DNA of 32,000 bases from NCBI RefSeq assembly GCF_000148385.1, contig NC_014537.1, forward strand, positions 1,470,001 through 1,502,000, given 5' to 3'. Origin of the DNA: Vulcanisaeta distributa DSM 14429. Lineage in GTDB: Archaea > Thermoproteota > Thermoprotei > Thermoproteales > Thermocladiaceae. Under the pieces are notes generated by a model. It was not told the DNA's origin, made no database searches, and saw only the letters and a list, made by a program, of their open reading frames with translations. The translations under genes were made by a program, and so were the position numbers. Position 1 is the stretch's first letter, and each line of letters opens with the position of its first letter. This document shows positions 24,088 to 32,000 of the stretch, in pieces.

Positions 24088-24439
24088 AATCCCACACCAG
24101 GTCCATACACCTAATTGCCTCCTCGGCCTCCCATCTCTTGTAATCGTTAATCCTGGCATCCGGGTAACGCGCCTGGACGTAATGTTGCTCAAGTAATTCA
24201 GCGCACCTAGTAACTTCCTGAGGCGCCTCCTTACCCAGGATCTTCAATAGGTATTGAAGTAACTCAGATGTTGAGTGAGTGATTGGTCGTGAACCACCAA
24301 ACTTAATGAGCAACCCCTTAATTAGTAACTCGATAGATTGCTGGGCAAAAAATGCCGCTGAGTCAAACCTATTATTCGCTAAGTCCTCCCTTGCATAATC
24401 CCTGAACCTCCTCGCCTTATTAAGCCAAAGCTCCGCCAT
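24056..24439 (-). CDS. HEPN domain protein
   Basis: The supporting segments are ARRFRDYAREDLANNRFDSAAFFAQQSIELLIKGLL, ITHSTSELL and YVQARYPDA. Confidence 0.85.
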   Translation of the reverse strand: MAELWLNKARRFRDYAREDLANNRFDSAAFFAQQSIELLIKGLLIKFGGSRPITHSTSELLQYLLKILGKEAPQEVTRCAELLEQHYVQARYPDARINDYKRWEAEEAIRCMDLVWDYVQQVVGGTQ

Positions 24440-24478
24440 TAAACTATGGGTAATGCATTATGAGGGAAGTATTAAGGC

Positions 24479-25915
24479 TTATCTCGTTATTTTTGTTGAC
24501 ATTATCATTACTATGAATGCCGTGATCGAGGATATTACAAAGGATAACACGAAGGATTCCTTACCAGGCACCTCATAGAATATGGGCATGCCATTTAAGT
24601 AATAGGCGAGTAACGGGGTCCTATAGGTGGTCTCCAGGGAACCTGCAATTACTGGACCCAGCGTATTGCCCATGAGTCTCATTGCCGTGTTTGTGCCGGT
24701 CATTGTAGCCATCCTATCCCTAGACACTGATGATATTAATAACGTTATCCTGGTTACGGTCATGCCAGCTATGCCTATCATGCTTATTATCATCACGACT
24801 ATGGTAATCATCAACTCATGCACGTAAACCGTGGTCGCCATCAATAAGCCTCCGATTGCTGCTATCCCAGATGTCGTTATTAATACCCTCCTATAGCCAA
24901 TGGTATTCATTAAAATGCCGTATAATGGGCCCGCAAAGAGCATTATTAGGGCTATGGGCGCTAGTGTAAGGCCTGTCCTTAGTATTGTCATGCCATAACC
25001 AATGGGCCTGGGCAACTCAAACATATACACAAGGGCTTGAAATGATAGGAACATCCCAAAGCCGGCGACGAATGATGAGAGTAGAGGCACCGCTATGTTG
25101 GGGTTTGCGAAGTCGCCTATGTTTATTATTGGGTTCTGCGTGAGCAGTTCATGACTAATAAATAGGAATAATATGGCTAATCCAAGTGCAATGCCAAGCC
25201 AGAAATTCTCTGAAAGCCAACCCCAAGTTGGAGCTTCTGTGAATGAGTAGCCAATTATTACGAAGGATATCGCCAACAGTGCCAGGCCTATGTAATCAAT
25301 GCTTTCACTAACCCTTGCCTCAGACTCAGGTAGTACCAGGTAGGCCATGAGTATTAACACGGCTAGTATTGGCAATGCTGTCTCATACGCGAACTGCCAG
25401 GAGTAATACTGGGCTAGGTATGCGCCTATTGGTAATGCAACGGCTGCCCCAATTGCGAATGTTGATGCGATGATCCCCTGGGCGACAGGCCACTCCCTGG
25501 GTGGTAATTTCTCCCTGAGTAATGTATAGCCAATAGGGTTTATGCTAAGTCCAATTCCCTGGATAGCCCTAAGCATTATTAGGATTGGGTACGTAGGTGC
25601 CATGCTCGTGAAGAACACGGCAATGAAGTAAACAATTAACACTATCAGTAGCACTTTCTTCCTGCCGTAACTATCAGCTAACTTACCAAGGATCGGGGCA
25701 AGGGCAAGACCAGCGAGTGTCTCTGAGGATAGGACCCACGAGACCTCAGACTCCGTTACGCCGTATTGCTTCTCTATGGTTGGTAGGGATGGCATGACGA
25801 CCATCTCCACGTACATTGCAATTATTGATATGGACGCGAGAACAGCAAGGTATCTCCATGCCTCGGAACTCAGCCTAATACCGCCAAGGTCTCTGATCAC
25901 GAAAACCGATATCAA
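24479..25915 (-). CDS. MFS transporter (14-TM drug:H+ antiporter-like)
   Basis: The protein is 478 aa with about 14 hydrophobic spans. The MFS motif A-like segment is GKLADSYGRKKVLL. Confidence 0.85.
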   Translation of the reverse strand: MISVFVIRDLGGIRLSSEAWRYLAVLASISIIAMYVEMVVMPSLPTIEKQYGVTESEVSWVLSSETLAGLALAPILGKLADSYGRKKVLLIVLIVYFIAVFFTSMAPTYPILIMLRAIQGIGLSINPIGYTLLREKLPPREWPVAQGIIASTFAIGAAVALPIGAYLAQYYSWQFAYETALPILAVLILMAYLVLPESEARVSESIDYIGLALLAISFVIIGYSFTEAPTWGWLSENFWLGIALGLAILFLFISHELLTQNPIINIGDFANPNIAVPLLSSFVAGFGMFLSFQALVYMFELPRPIGYGMTILRTGLTLAPIALIMLFAGPLYGILMNTIGYRRVLITTSGIAAIGGLLMATTVYVHELMITIVVMIISMIGIAGMTVTRITLLISSVSRDRMATMTGTNTAMRLMGNTLGPVIAGSLETTYRTPLLAYYLNGMPIFYEVPGKESFVLSFVISSITAFIVMIMSTKITR

Positions 25916-26085
25916 TACTGATTAAAAGTCTAACTCACGACTATGTTAAAATACTTATCGCTAGGTCAGTTTCTTTTTAAATAGCCTATTGCAGTTGATT
26001 ATTTACCGTATCGTAATACCTAATGTAATTCCCAATACTGGTATTAAGTAATCCATACATGGTATACCAATTATCTAAAGTTTGG

Positions 26086-26286
26086 ATGTCCAGTGTTGTT
26101 AGTTTTAAGGTTAGGAGAGAAATTAAGGAGAAGATGGAGAGGTTTAGGGATAGGATTAATTGGGCTGAGGAGTTGAGGAGGTTTGTTGAGGAGAGAATTA
26201 GGGAGTTGGAGGCTAAGGAGAATATTAGGCATGTCATTAAGGAGCTCGAGAAAATACTAATAAGCGTCCCCAAGGGTTTTCAGTAA
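26086..26286 (+). CDS. vapB: VapB-type antitoxin (RHH-like)
   Basis: MSSVVSFKVRREIKEKMERFRDRINWAEELRRFVEERI is typical of archaeal VapB antitoxins found upstream of PIN genes. I set the start at the internal ATG. Confidence 0.65.
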   Translation: MSSVVSFKVRREIKEKMERFRDRINWAEELRRFVEERIRELEAKENIRHVIKELEKILISVPKGFQ

Positions 26287-26304
26287 GTTCGGTGAGGGAG
26301 GACC

Positions 26305-26702
26305 GTGATAGTAATTGATGCATCGGCATTAACTGCGTTCATCCTTAATGAGCCTGGTAATCACTGGGTAAGTATATCATGAATTCCACATCGGTTGATC
26401 ATGTAATTAAGGAGGTCATAAACGCAATATGGAAAGCACAGATTAGGGGACTTATTGCTAGGGAGTATGCCGTTAAGCTTCACGAGCTAGTAATGTCCCT
26501 AATTGGTAAAAACATAGTCCTAGAGCCTGGGAGAAGTACATCGATAAGGCATTTATGATAGCGCTTGGTCATAGAATAACCATATACGATGCATTGTACA
26601 TAGCACTGGCAGCTACTAAGGGATTACCACTCCTAGCACTTAATAATAATCAGGGGGGAAGTTGCTAGAGAGGTAGGCGTGAACGTCATCACGCCGCTGT
26701 AA
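26305..26702 (+). pseudogene. vapC: PIN-domain toxin VapC, inactivated by three single-base frameshifts
   Basis: GTG 26305, preceded by GGTGAGGGAGG, gives VIVIDASALTAFILNEPG. PIN sequence then continues in three other frames: STSVDHVIKEVINAIWKA, EKYIDKAFMIALGHRITIYDALYIALAATKGLPLL, and GEVAREVGVNVITPL. The shifts map to 26365-26372, the GGG run at 26529-26531 and the G6 run at 26653-26658. Correcting them yields about 132 aa. Confidence 0.75.
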
Positions 26703-26706
26703 GTAT

Positions 26707-28176
26707 TTACTTCCTTAATGATCTAACAGGCGGTATAGTATTTAAGTGCATTAACTCATCAGGTATTGCCTTGTTTAGGGCTATCTCCCTATAGATATAG
26801 GCAGATGGTCTCCAGTATTGCCTCTTGGTTGTGTAATCGACGTAGAGGAGTCCGAATCTCATGCTAAAGCCTGAGGCCCACTCGTAATTATCCGTCAATG
26901 ACCAGTGCAGGTAACCCCTAACATCAACCCCATCACTCAAGGCCCTGTACACCTGGTAAATATGGCTAACAAGGTAGTACGGCCTTAGGTAATCGGCCGA
27001 GTCAGCGATTCCGTTCTCGGTAACGTATATGGGCAAGTGATACCTCCTCCAGTACTTCGTTAATACATCGTATAAGCCCTCTGGGTAGAACTCCCAACCA
27101 AAGTCGCTGCATGGCCTATTGTCGGGGCTTACGGAATTCCTCTCACAGGCATGCCCATAACCTGGCACGATTGCGTATGAATTATCGCTGATTAACTTAA
27201 CCACAAGCCTTGAATAGTAATTCGCCCCAATCCAATCAAGCCTATTCCTAAGGTCCTCCCTAACCTCACCATACAGGTTCCCATGGATTACTGCATCAAA
27301 GAATGACCACCTGGCATCCTGCTCCGCCAACTCCACGGCCTTAGAGTCCTTCTCCGTTAATGGCGTATAGGCATTATTCGCATAGATAATACCCACGGGT
27401 TTCCTACTAACCGTTTTAATTGCATCATAAGCCCTCGCATGAGCCTGAATTAAATTAACCAAGGCCTTTCTCGCAAGGTCAGGATTTAAATAGCTCGGTG
27501 GGAAGCCTGATTTAACGTTGATATAGCCGTTCCAAGCAACCACATTCGGTTCATTCATTGTTGAGTACATGTCGACCAAGTCATCTAACTTCCAGGCCAC
27601 GTACGCCGCGAACCTGGCGAAGTTGATCACTGTCTTAATGTCAAGCCAACCCGTGGGTCCGGAGAGGTCGCCCTTCCTGACCCTTATTGGGTCATGAACC
27701 CATAGTGGTAGCGGCCAGTGATAGAGGTTTAATATGAAGAATATGTTTCTGTTCTTCAGATCATTGAATATTGCCCTATAGTGCTCAATGGCGGCCTTAT
27801 TAGCCGTTTCATCAAGTCTCCTTAGGTCGCGTTCATCAACATCAACCTTAATTACCTTATCGCCGACAACCTCAACATTACCATTGGGTGGCTCGGGCAT
27901 TGGCTTTGGGAATATCCTGGACCACTCAACATTAACCCTGGCAATATCGAGTCCCATCCTGACGGCGTTATCATGGAATACCCTATATAGGCTCCAATAG
28001 CCAGGGCCATTCTCAGGTAAGTCACCACTAACGAGACCAGATACTATGTTATCCCTATCATGAACCCAAACCCACCAATCACTATTTGTATCCTCGTCGC
28101 CTGGAATACCCATTTCATGTTGAAAGCCGGCCTGGGACCAGCCAAACCTGAAGCCTTTGGGAAATGATAGTGTCAT
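26707..28176 (-). CDS. Glycoside hydrolase family 1 beta-glycosidase (LacS-like)
   Basis: The N-terminus is [17 protein letters not shown]. The acid/base motif is TMNEPNVV, the nucleophile motif is YVTENGIAD, and WSLTDNYEW is present. The size is 489 aa. Confidence 0.92.
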   Translation of the reverse strand: MTLSFPKGFRFGWSQAGFQHEMGIPGDEDTNSDWWVWVHDRDNIVSGLVSGDLPENGPGYWSLYRVFHDNAVRMGLDIARVNVEWSRIFPKPMPEPPNGNVEVVGDKVIKVDVDERDLRRLDETANKAAIEHYRAIFNDLKNRNIFFILNLYHWPLPLWVHDPIRVRKGDLSGPTGWLDIKTVINFARFAAYVAWKLDDLVDMYSTMNEPNVVAWNGYINVKSGFPPSYLNPDLARKALVNLIQAHARAYDAIKTVSRKPVGIIYANNAYTPLTEKDSKAVELAEQDARWSFFDAVIHGNLYGEVREDLRNRLDWIGANYYSRLVVKLISDNSYAIVPGYGHACERNSVSPDNRPCSDFGWEFYPEGLYDVLTKYWRRYHLPIYVTENGIADSADYLRPYYLVSHIYQVYRALSDGVDVRGYLHWSLTDNYEWASGFSMRFGLLYVDYTTKRQYWRPSAYIYREIALNKAIPDELMHLNTIPPVRSLRK

Positions 28177-28322
28177 GCATTTTAACTTAAAATTGTATTA
28201 TTTTTAGGAATTACCATACAAGCATTGTCCCGTTAATTTCGGGGTTTAAACATGAGTAGGGTTGGCTTATAAGGGATAAATTTCGGTAATCATTAAAATG
28301 ATTAACAAAAGAAGTTCTTCCC

Positions 28323-29099
28323 ATGGAAATAACGGCCTTGATTATCAGCACCAATAGGTCTAGGGCGCCATTGCTTAGGCACGCTATTTCTTCAGCGATA
28401 AACCAAACCAGGAAACCTAATGAACTAATCGTTGTTATGTCATATGATGACAGGGAGGTCAGGGACTTGGTTAATCCATACGGTTTTGTAATTCACCATG
28501 TAAGCACCAGGGTGGGCCCAATGTGGGCCAGGGGCATTAGGGAGTAGAGTGGTGACGTTATTGCATTCCTTGACGATGATGACGAGTGGATGCAAAACAA
28601 GCTTAGCCATGTGGAGGAAGCGTTCAGTAAAATTGCTGGGCTTGGTCTTTACCATAATCTATTTCAATTCATTGATACTAATGGGAATGAGCTGCACTAC
28701 CATGAATTACCTGCCTATTACCGCTCAATGATCCTCGAAAGGAGCGTCATTATTAATGACAATGCTGACTTATACGTGCGTTTCAGTGTTAATGATTGGC
28801 TAAGTGCTGATTACTGGTTATTATTTTACAACACGTCAAGCTTATCGGCAATTAAGGACGCATTGGTAGGTAGGCTTGAATTCATTGAAGGCATTAACCT
28901 ATACTCAGACGCCCTATTCTTCATATTGGTACTAACTCAATGCTATGTTGTACTTCATGAACCAATCGCCTTAACCAGGTACAGAATTCATGTAGGGCAA
29001 ACATCGAGGAAGGTCCTAAATGGCGATCTCATGGACATGGCCGCTAAAGATCACGAATCATTCAATAGAGTAATTAAGGAACGCAATACCTGTAGGTAA
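28323..29099 (+). pseudogene. Family 2 glycosyltransferase interrupted by an in-frame TAG
   Basis: ITALIISTNRSRAPLLRHAISSAINQTRKPNELIVV...ARGIRE is followed by TAG (28545-28547). The same frame then continues with SGDVIAFLDDDDEWMQNKL, which carries the DxD motif. Both halves share frame 3. Confidence 0.8.
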
Positions 29100-29164
29100 T
29101 CTACGGATGCTGACTTAGCACATGACGTAATACTTATATACATTAGTATCATTGCATCATAATC

Positions 29165-29674
29165 GTGATCAACAAGAATGAATTCACTAAATACGTAGTT
29201 ATAACAATACTAATGGCGATCACAGTAGTGACGATAACGTCACCGGCATCGCAAAACACCATGCAGGTGAATGTGACAATCCAGGGCATAGGCCCCCTGC
29301 GCAATGCCTCAGTTACATACATGGAGTTTGTCCAGTCATATACGACACAGATGTTGCATGCCTATGGCATGACTACCACAAATAATGAGGGCATTGCCGT
29401 AATACCACAACCACCACCTCCATTACCAGGTAAGGAAGATGTGATTACCATAACAATTAACGCAACAATAAACGGATCACCCATTTTCAAGTCATACACC
29501 TTCTACCTAACGAATGGGAACTTCACAAATCAAATAAACATAACAATACCAATGCCTAGGGCAAATAACGTCAATTATAATAATCAAAGCATGTTACTAA
29601 TAGCTATAATCATAGTAATAATTGTCGTATTAATAGCAATAATAATAGTGTTAATGGGGAGATCGAGAAAGTAA
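29165..29674 (+). CDS. Small surface-exposed protein with an N-terminal signal/anchor, a C-terminal TM anchor and many N-glycosylation sequons
   Basis: The start is GTG. The N-terminal hydrophobic segment is YVVITILMAITVVTITS. There are seven N-x-S/T sequons (NVT, NAS, NAT, NGS, NFT, NIT, NQS). A PQPPPPLPG stretch is present, and the C-terminus is LLIAIIIVIIVVLIAIIIVLMGRSRK. Confidence 0.55.
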   Translation: MINKNEFTKYVVITILMAITVVTITSPASQNTMQVNVTIQGIGPLRNASVTYMEFVQSYTTQMLHAYGMTTTNNEGIAVIPQPPPPLPGKEDVITITINATINGSPIFKSYTFYLTNGNFTNQINITIPMPRANNVNYNNQSMLLIAIIIVIIVVLIAIIIVLMGRSRK

Positions 29675-29829
29675 TAACATTAGCCAGGGGGATTCATGTT
29701 TAAAAATTATTAACTTTCAATTTCAAGCTTCCTTACCTAGGCATCAATCATGGAGATACCACCTCGCCTCTCGCTTCTCTCGTTGCAGGCCTCGGCGTTA
29801 TTGGGTATGGTAAATACTCAATCCCTGGT

Positions 29830-30394
29830 CTATTCACCCTGGCCTGCGGATTCCCTACCCTTAATCTCAACCGCCCTAATTATTGACGGCGCTGGCAAGT
29901 ACATTCCACCGGGACCACCAAGTTGCGGGTCCAGTGGACCAAGCACGGCGTTTGGATCCATTATTATTTCATCAGCTGCCAGAGCAATTAATGTGCCACA
30001 CCACTCATAGCGTAGTGAGGCACCACAACGACCTTTTTAGCCGGGTGTGCCTTAAGGGCCTTGGCTATCTGTGATGCAGCAAGCACAAGACCGCCTGGCG
30101 TGTGTAAAATGAGCATTATAGGCATGCTTGGTGGGGTTGTCTTAATGGCCCTTATAACGGCCTCAGAATCCTCAATGTCTATATACCTATATATCGGAAC
30201 ACCAAGAAGCCCAATCTTCTCCTGCCTATGTATCATTGTTATTACCCTAAACCCATACTTACGCTCCATTAACTCTATGAGCCTTAACCTTGCGTGCTGC
30301 AATGACCCATTGATAACCATGGCGATAGCATTGCTATGAAGAGTAGTATCCAGAATAGGTAACCGAGTATGTCTGTGTATACATCGAGAATCAT
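29830..30394 (-). pseudogene. ClpP-fold serine protease of the SDH (serine dehydrogenase proteinase) family, frameshifted and truncated
   Basis: Three frames carry consecutive family sequence. The first is MILDVYTDILGYLFWILLFIAMLSP from ATG 30394. The second is VINGSLQHARL...VITMIHRQE...LILHTPGGLVLAASQIAKAL...VVVVPHYAMSG (track ORF 29988..30320). The third is GTLIALAADEIIMDPNAVLGPLDPQLGG...PAPSIIRAVE, ending at TAG 29830-29832. The shifts lie near 30317-30322 and 29995-30002. Confidence 0.7.
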
Positions 30395-30500
30395 TGAAAA
30401 AGTATCATTAGTATATTTTAAAGCATTATCAGGCACTTCATGGTTCTAGTGGTATAATATTTTAATATTATTTCTAATTAACAATTCACGGGATCGTCAA

Positions 30501-31568
30501 ATGAGTAAGTACTCATTAATGATGGGTAGTGAGGCCCTGGTCCGTGGCGCCATTTACGCAGGCGTTAGGTTCTACGCTGGCTACCCAATAACGCCGGCAA
30601 CGGAGATCGCTGAGTACATGTCCCAGTTATTGCCCAGGGTAGGCGGTATCTTCGTGCAGACTGAGGATGAGTTGGCGGCTATAAACATGGCCATTGGCGC
30701 CTCAGTGGCTGGTTGAAAGTCCATGGTCGCCACTAGTGGGCCAGGCTTCTCATTGATGCAGGAGGGTATTGGGCATGCCATTAATGCTGAGGTGCCATTA
30801 TTAATCGTTGATGTACAGAGGGGAGGCCCATCAACCGGTCAGCCAACAATGCCATCGCAACAAGACGTTTTTCAGGCCAGGTACGGCTCCCATGGGTCTT
30901 ACGAGATAATAGTCCTAAGTCCCAGTAATGTCCAGGAATTGTTCTATTTAACAATAGACGCAGTTAACCTGTCGGAGCAATACCGCACACCAGTGATATT
31001 ACTCACGGAAGAGGTCACCGTACATCTGTGGGAAAAGATCTACGTGCCAGACCCTGGAGAATACCCGGTGCTACCCCACGTCACGCCACCTACACATGGT
31101 GATGAGGGGTTCTTACTTGAAAGTCAGCTTCATGATGAGAGGGGCTATAACGTGGCTAATGACCCTGAATTGTCGGCTAGGGCATTATGGCGGTTGATAA
31201 GGAAAATTAGGGATAATGTGGATAAGATATCGAGAATTGAGGTTAAGTATGTGGAGGATGACCCCGAGGTCTTCATAGCGTCCTATGGATGTACAGCAAG
31301 GTCGGCGCTGGCGGCCGTTAAGATGCTTCGGTGGGATGGCTATAAAGTCGGCTTCCTACGGCTTGTGACACTCTGGCCATTCCCAGAGGGTGCCATTAAA
31401 AATGCCATAAGGGGTGCGAATACCATTATCGTGCCTGAGATGAACGCTGGTTATATGGCTAATGAATTCAGGATGCTCGGCTTAAATGTTGTACCGATTC
31501 CAAAGCTTGGCGGTGAAATGCTAACACCAGAGGAAATATACAATGTCGCCAGAGGTATTATCTCATGA
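30501..31568 (+). pseudogene. 2-oxoacid:ferredoxin oxidoreductase alpha subunit interrupted by an in-frame TGA
   Basis: GSEALVRGAIYAGVRFYAGYPITPATEIAEYM...AINMAIGASVAG is followed by TGA (30714-30716). The same frame then continues with KSMVATSGPGFSLMQEGIGHA..., which is continuous KorA/PorA-like sequence. Without the stop the product would be about 355 aa. Confidence 0.85.
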
Positions 31569-32000
31569 ACCCACTCATTCGGAAGTACCTACGCAGTGAG
31601 TATGCCCAGGGTAAGAGGAGGACAATATTCTGCCCCGGATGCGGTAATGGTATAATACTTGGGTACTTCATTAGGGCCATAGATGAGTTAAAGCGTGAGG
31701 GCAGGTTTGATGATTCCAAGCTATACATAGTGACGGGCATTGGGTGTTCAGGCAATATACCAGTACCGCTTAAATACAACATCGTACGCGCACTTCACGG
31801 TAGGGCATTGTCAGTCGCCACAGGCATAAAGCTTGTTAGACCCGATAGCGAGGTTGTGGTGTTTGCTGGCGATGGTGATTTATTGTCAATAGGCGGCAAT
31901 CACTTAATACATACAATAAGGAGGAACGTTGGTATAAAGGTCATCCTTGTCAACAACATGCTCTACGGTATGACCGGCGGTCAAGTAGCCCCAACAACGC
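31565..32000 (+). CDS. 2-oxoacid:ferredoxin oxidoreductase beta (TPP-binding) subunit; the 3' end lies outside the window
   Basis: This ORF is absent from the track because it has no stop in the window. ATG 31565 overlaps the alpha-subunit stop (ATGA). The supporting segments are MNPLIRKYL..IFCPGCGNGIILG, TGIGCSGN, FAGDGDLLSIGGNHLIHTIRRN and NNMLYGMTGGQVAPTT. Confidence 0.85.
   Translation, partial: MNPLIRKYLRSEYAQGKRRTIFCPGCGNGIILGYFIRAIDELKREGRFDDSKLYIVTGIGCSGNIPVPLKYNIVRALHGRALSVATGIKLVRPDSEVVVFAGDGDLLSIGGNHLIHTIRRNVGIKVILVNNMLYGMTGGQVAPTT

Noticed and set aside
23684-24196. 170-aa plus-strand ORF
   Set aside because: It is antisense to clearly recognisable MNT and HEPN genes, and its translation is Ser/Leu/Thr-rich low-complexity sequence.
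25986-26273. 95-aa minus-strand ORF
   Set aside because: It is antisense to the vapB antitoxin gene and has low-complexity L/S-rich sequence. It is an artefact of the purine-rich vapB coding strand.
29750-30339. Plus-strand ORFs 29750-30010, 29883-30074 and 30061-30339
   Set aside because: They are antisense to the recognisable, frameshifted SDH-family protease sequence.
1447-30716. Recoding (pyrrolysine at TAG, selenocysteine at TGA) as the explanation for the three in-frame stops
   Set aside because: The stops fall at positions where homologs do not carry Sec or Pyl, and both TAG and TGA are involved. I see no SECIS-like hairpin immediately downstream of 30716. Crenarchaeota are not known to encode either system. 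Nearby frameshifts point to decay or sequencing error instead.
1-32000. CRISPR arrays, cas genes, transposases/IS elements, integrases, rRNA genes
   Set aside because: I saw no regularly spaced direct repeats and no recognisable Cas, transposase or integrase motifs in any ORF. No long rRNA-like GC-rich tracts are present either. The other short antisense ORFs in the track (for example 6640-6969, 7327-7569, 7846-8109, 13672-13941, 12473-12814) lie opposite well-supported genes and were ignored.

Overview
The window looks like an archaeal chromosomal segment, most likely from a crenarchaeote of the Thermoproteales (Vulcanisaeta/Caldivirga-like). That assignment is an inference from two PaREP1-family genes, TATA boxes about 25-30 nt upstream of start codons (leaderless style), a LacS-like GH1 glycosidase, many HEPN/MNT and PIN modules, and mid-40s % GC judged by eye. 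I can support about 45 protein genes. The left ~6 kb is an accessory island of toxin-antitoxin-like cassettes: a disrupted archaeal ATPase, a 3-gene DUF2283-like/unknown/DUF4258-like operon, a 4-ORF coupled cassette ending in a split PIN gene, and a HEPN/MNT pair. The centre is mostly housekeeping: proteasome beta, ThiI, endonuclease V, an APC permease, an ABC transporter, an SPFH gene with an internally duplicated partner, and a cupin. The right part holds two tandem HEPN/MNT pairs, an MFS transporter, a vapB with a decayed vapC, a GH1 glycosidase, a GT2 glycosyltransferase, a small sequon-rich surface protein, a decayed ClpP-fold protease, and the alpha/beta subunits of a 2-oxoacid:ferredoxin oxidoreductase. 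I found no rRNA, canonical tRNA, CRISPR array or transposase. The RNA candidates are one well-formed C/D box sRNA (9967-10016) and two GC-rich islands of unknown identity. Four things stand out. (1) A perfect 23-bp palindrome sits between a TATA box and the ATG of a small winged-helix gene, and related palindromes lie inside a ~64-bp inverted-repeat pair that brackets 4 kb including psmB. (2) Two tightly coupled multi-gene TA-like cassettes have extra, unassignable genes. (3) Single-lesion gene disruptions are unusually dense: in-frame TAG, TAG and TGA in three recognisable enzyme genes, plus several homopolymer-associated frameshifts. (4) There is an SPFH two-gene module and a tandem pair of paralogous membrane proteins. 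Family calls come from motif recognition by eye, with no database search, and all functional links are hypotheses.
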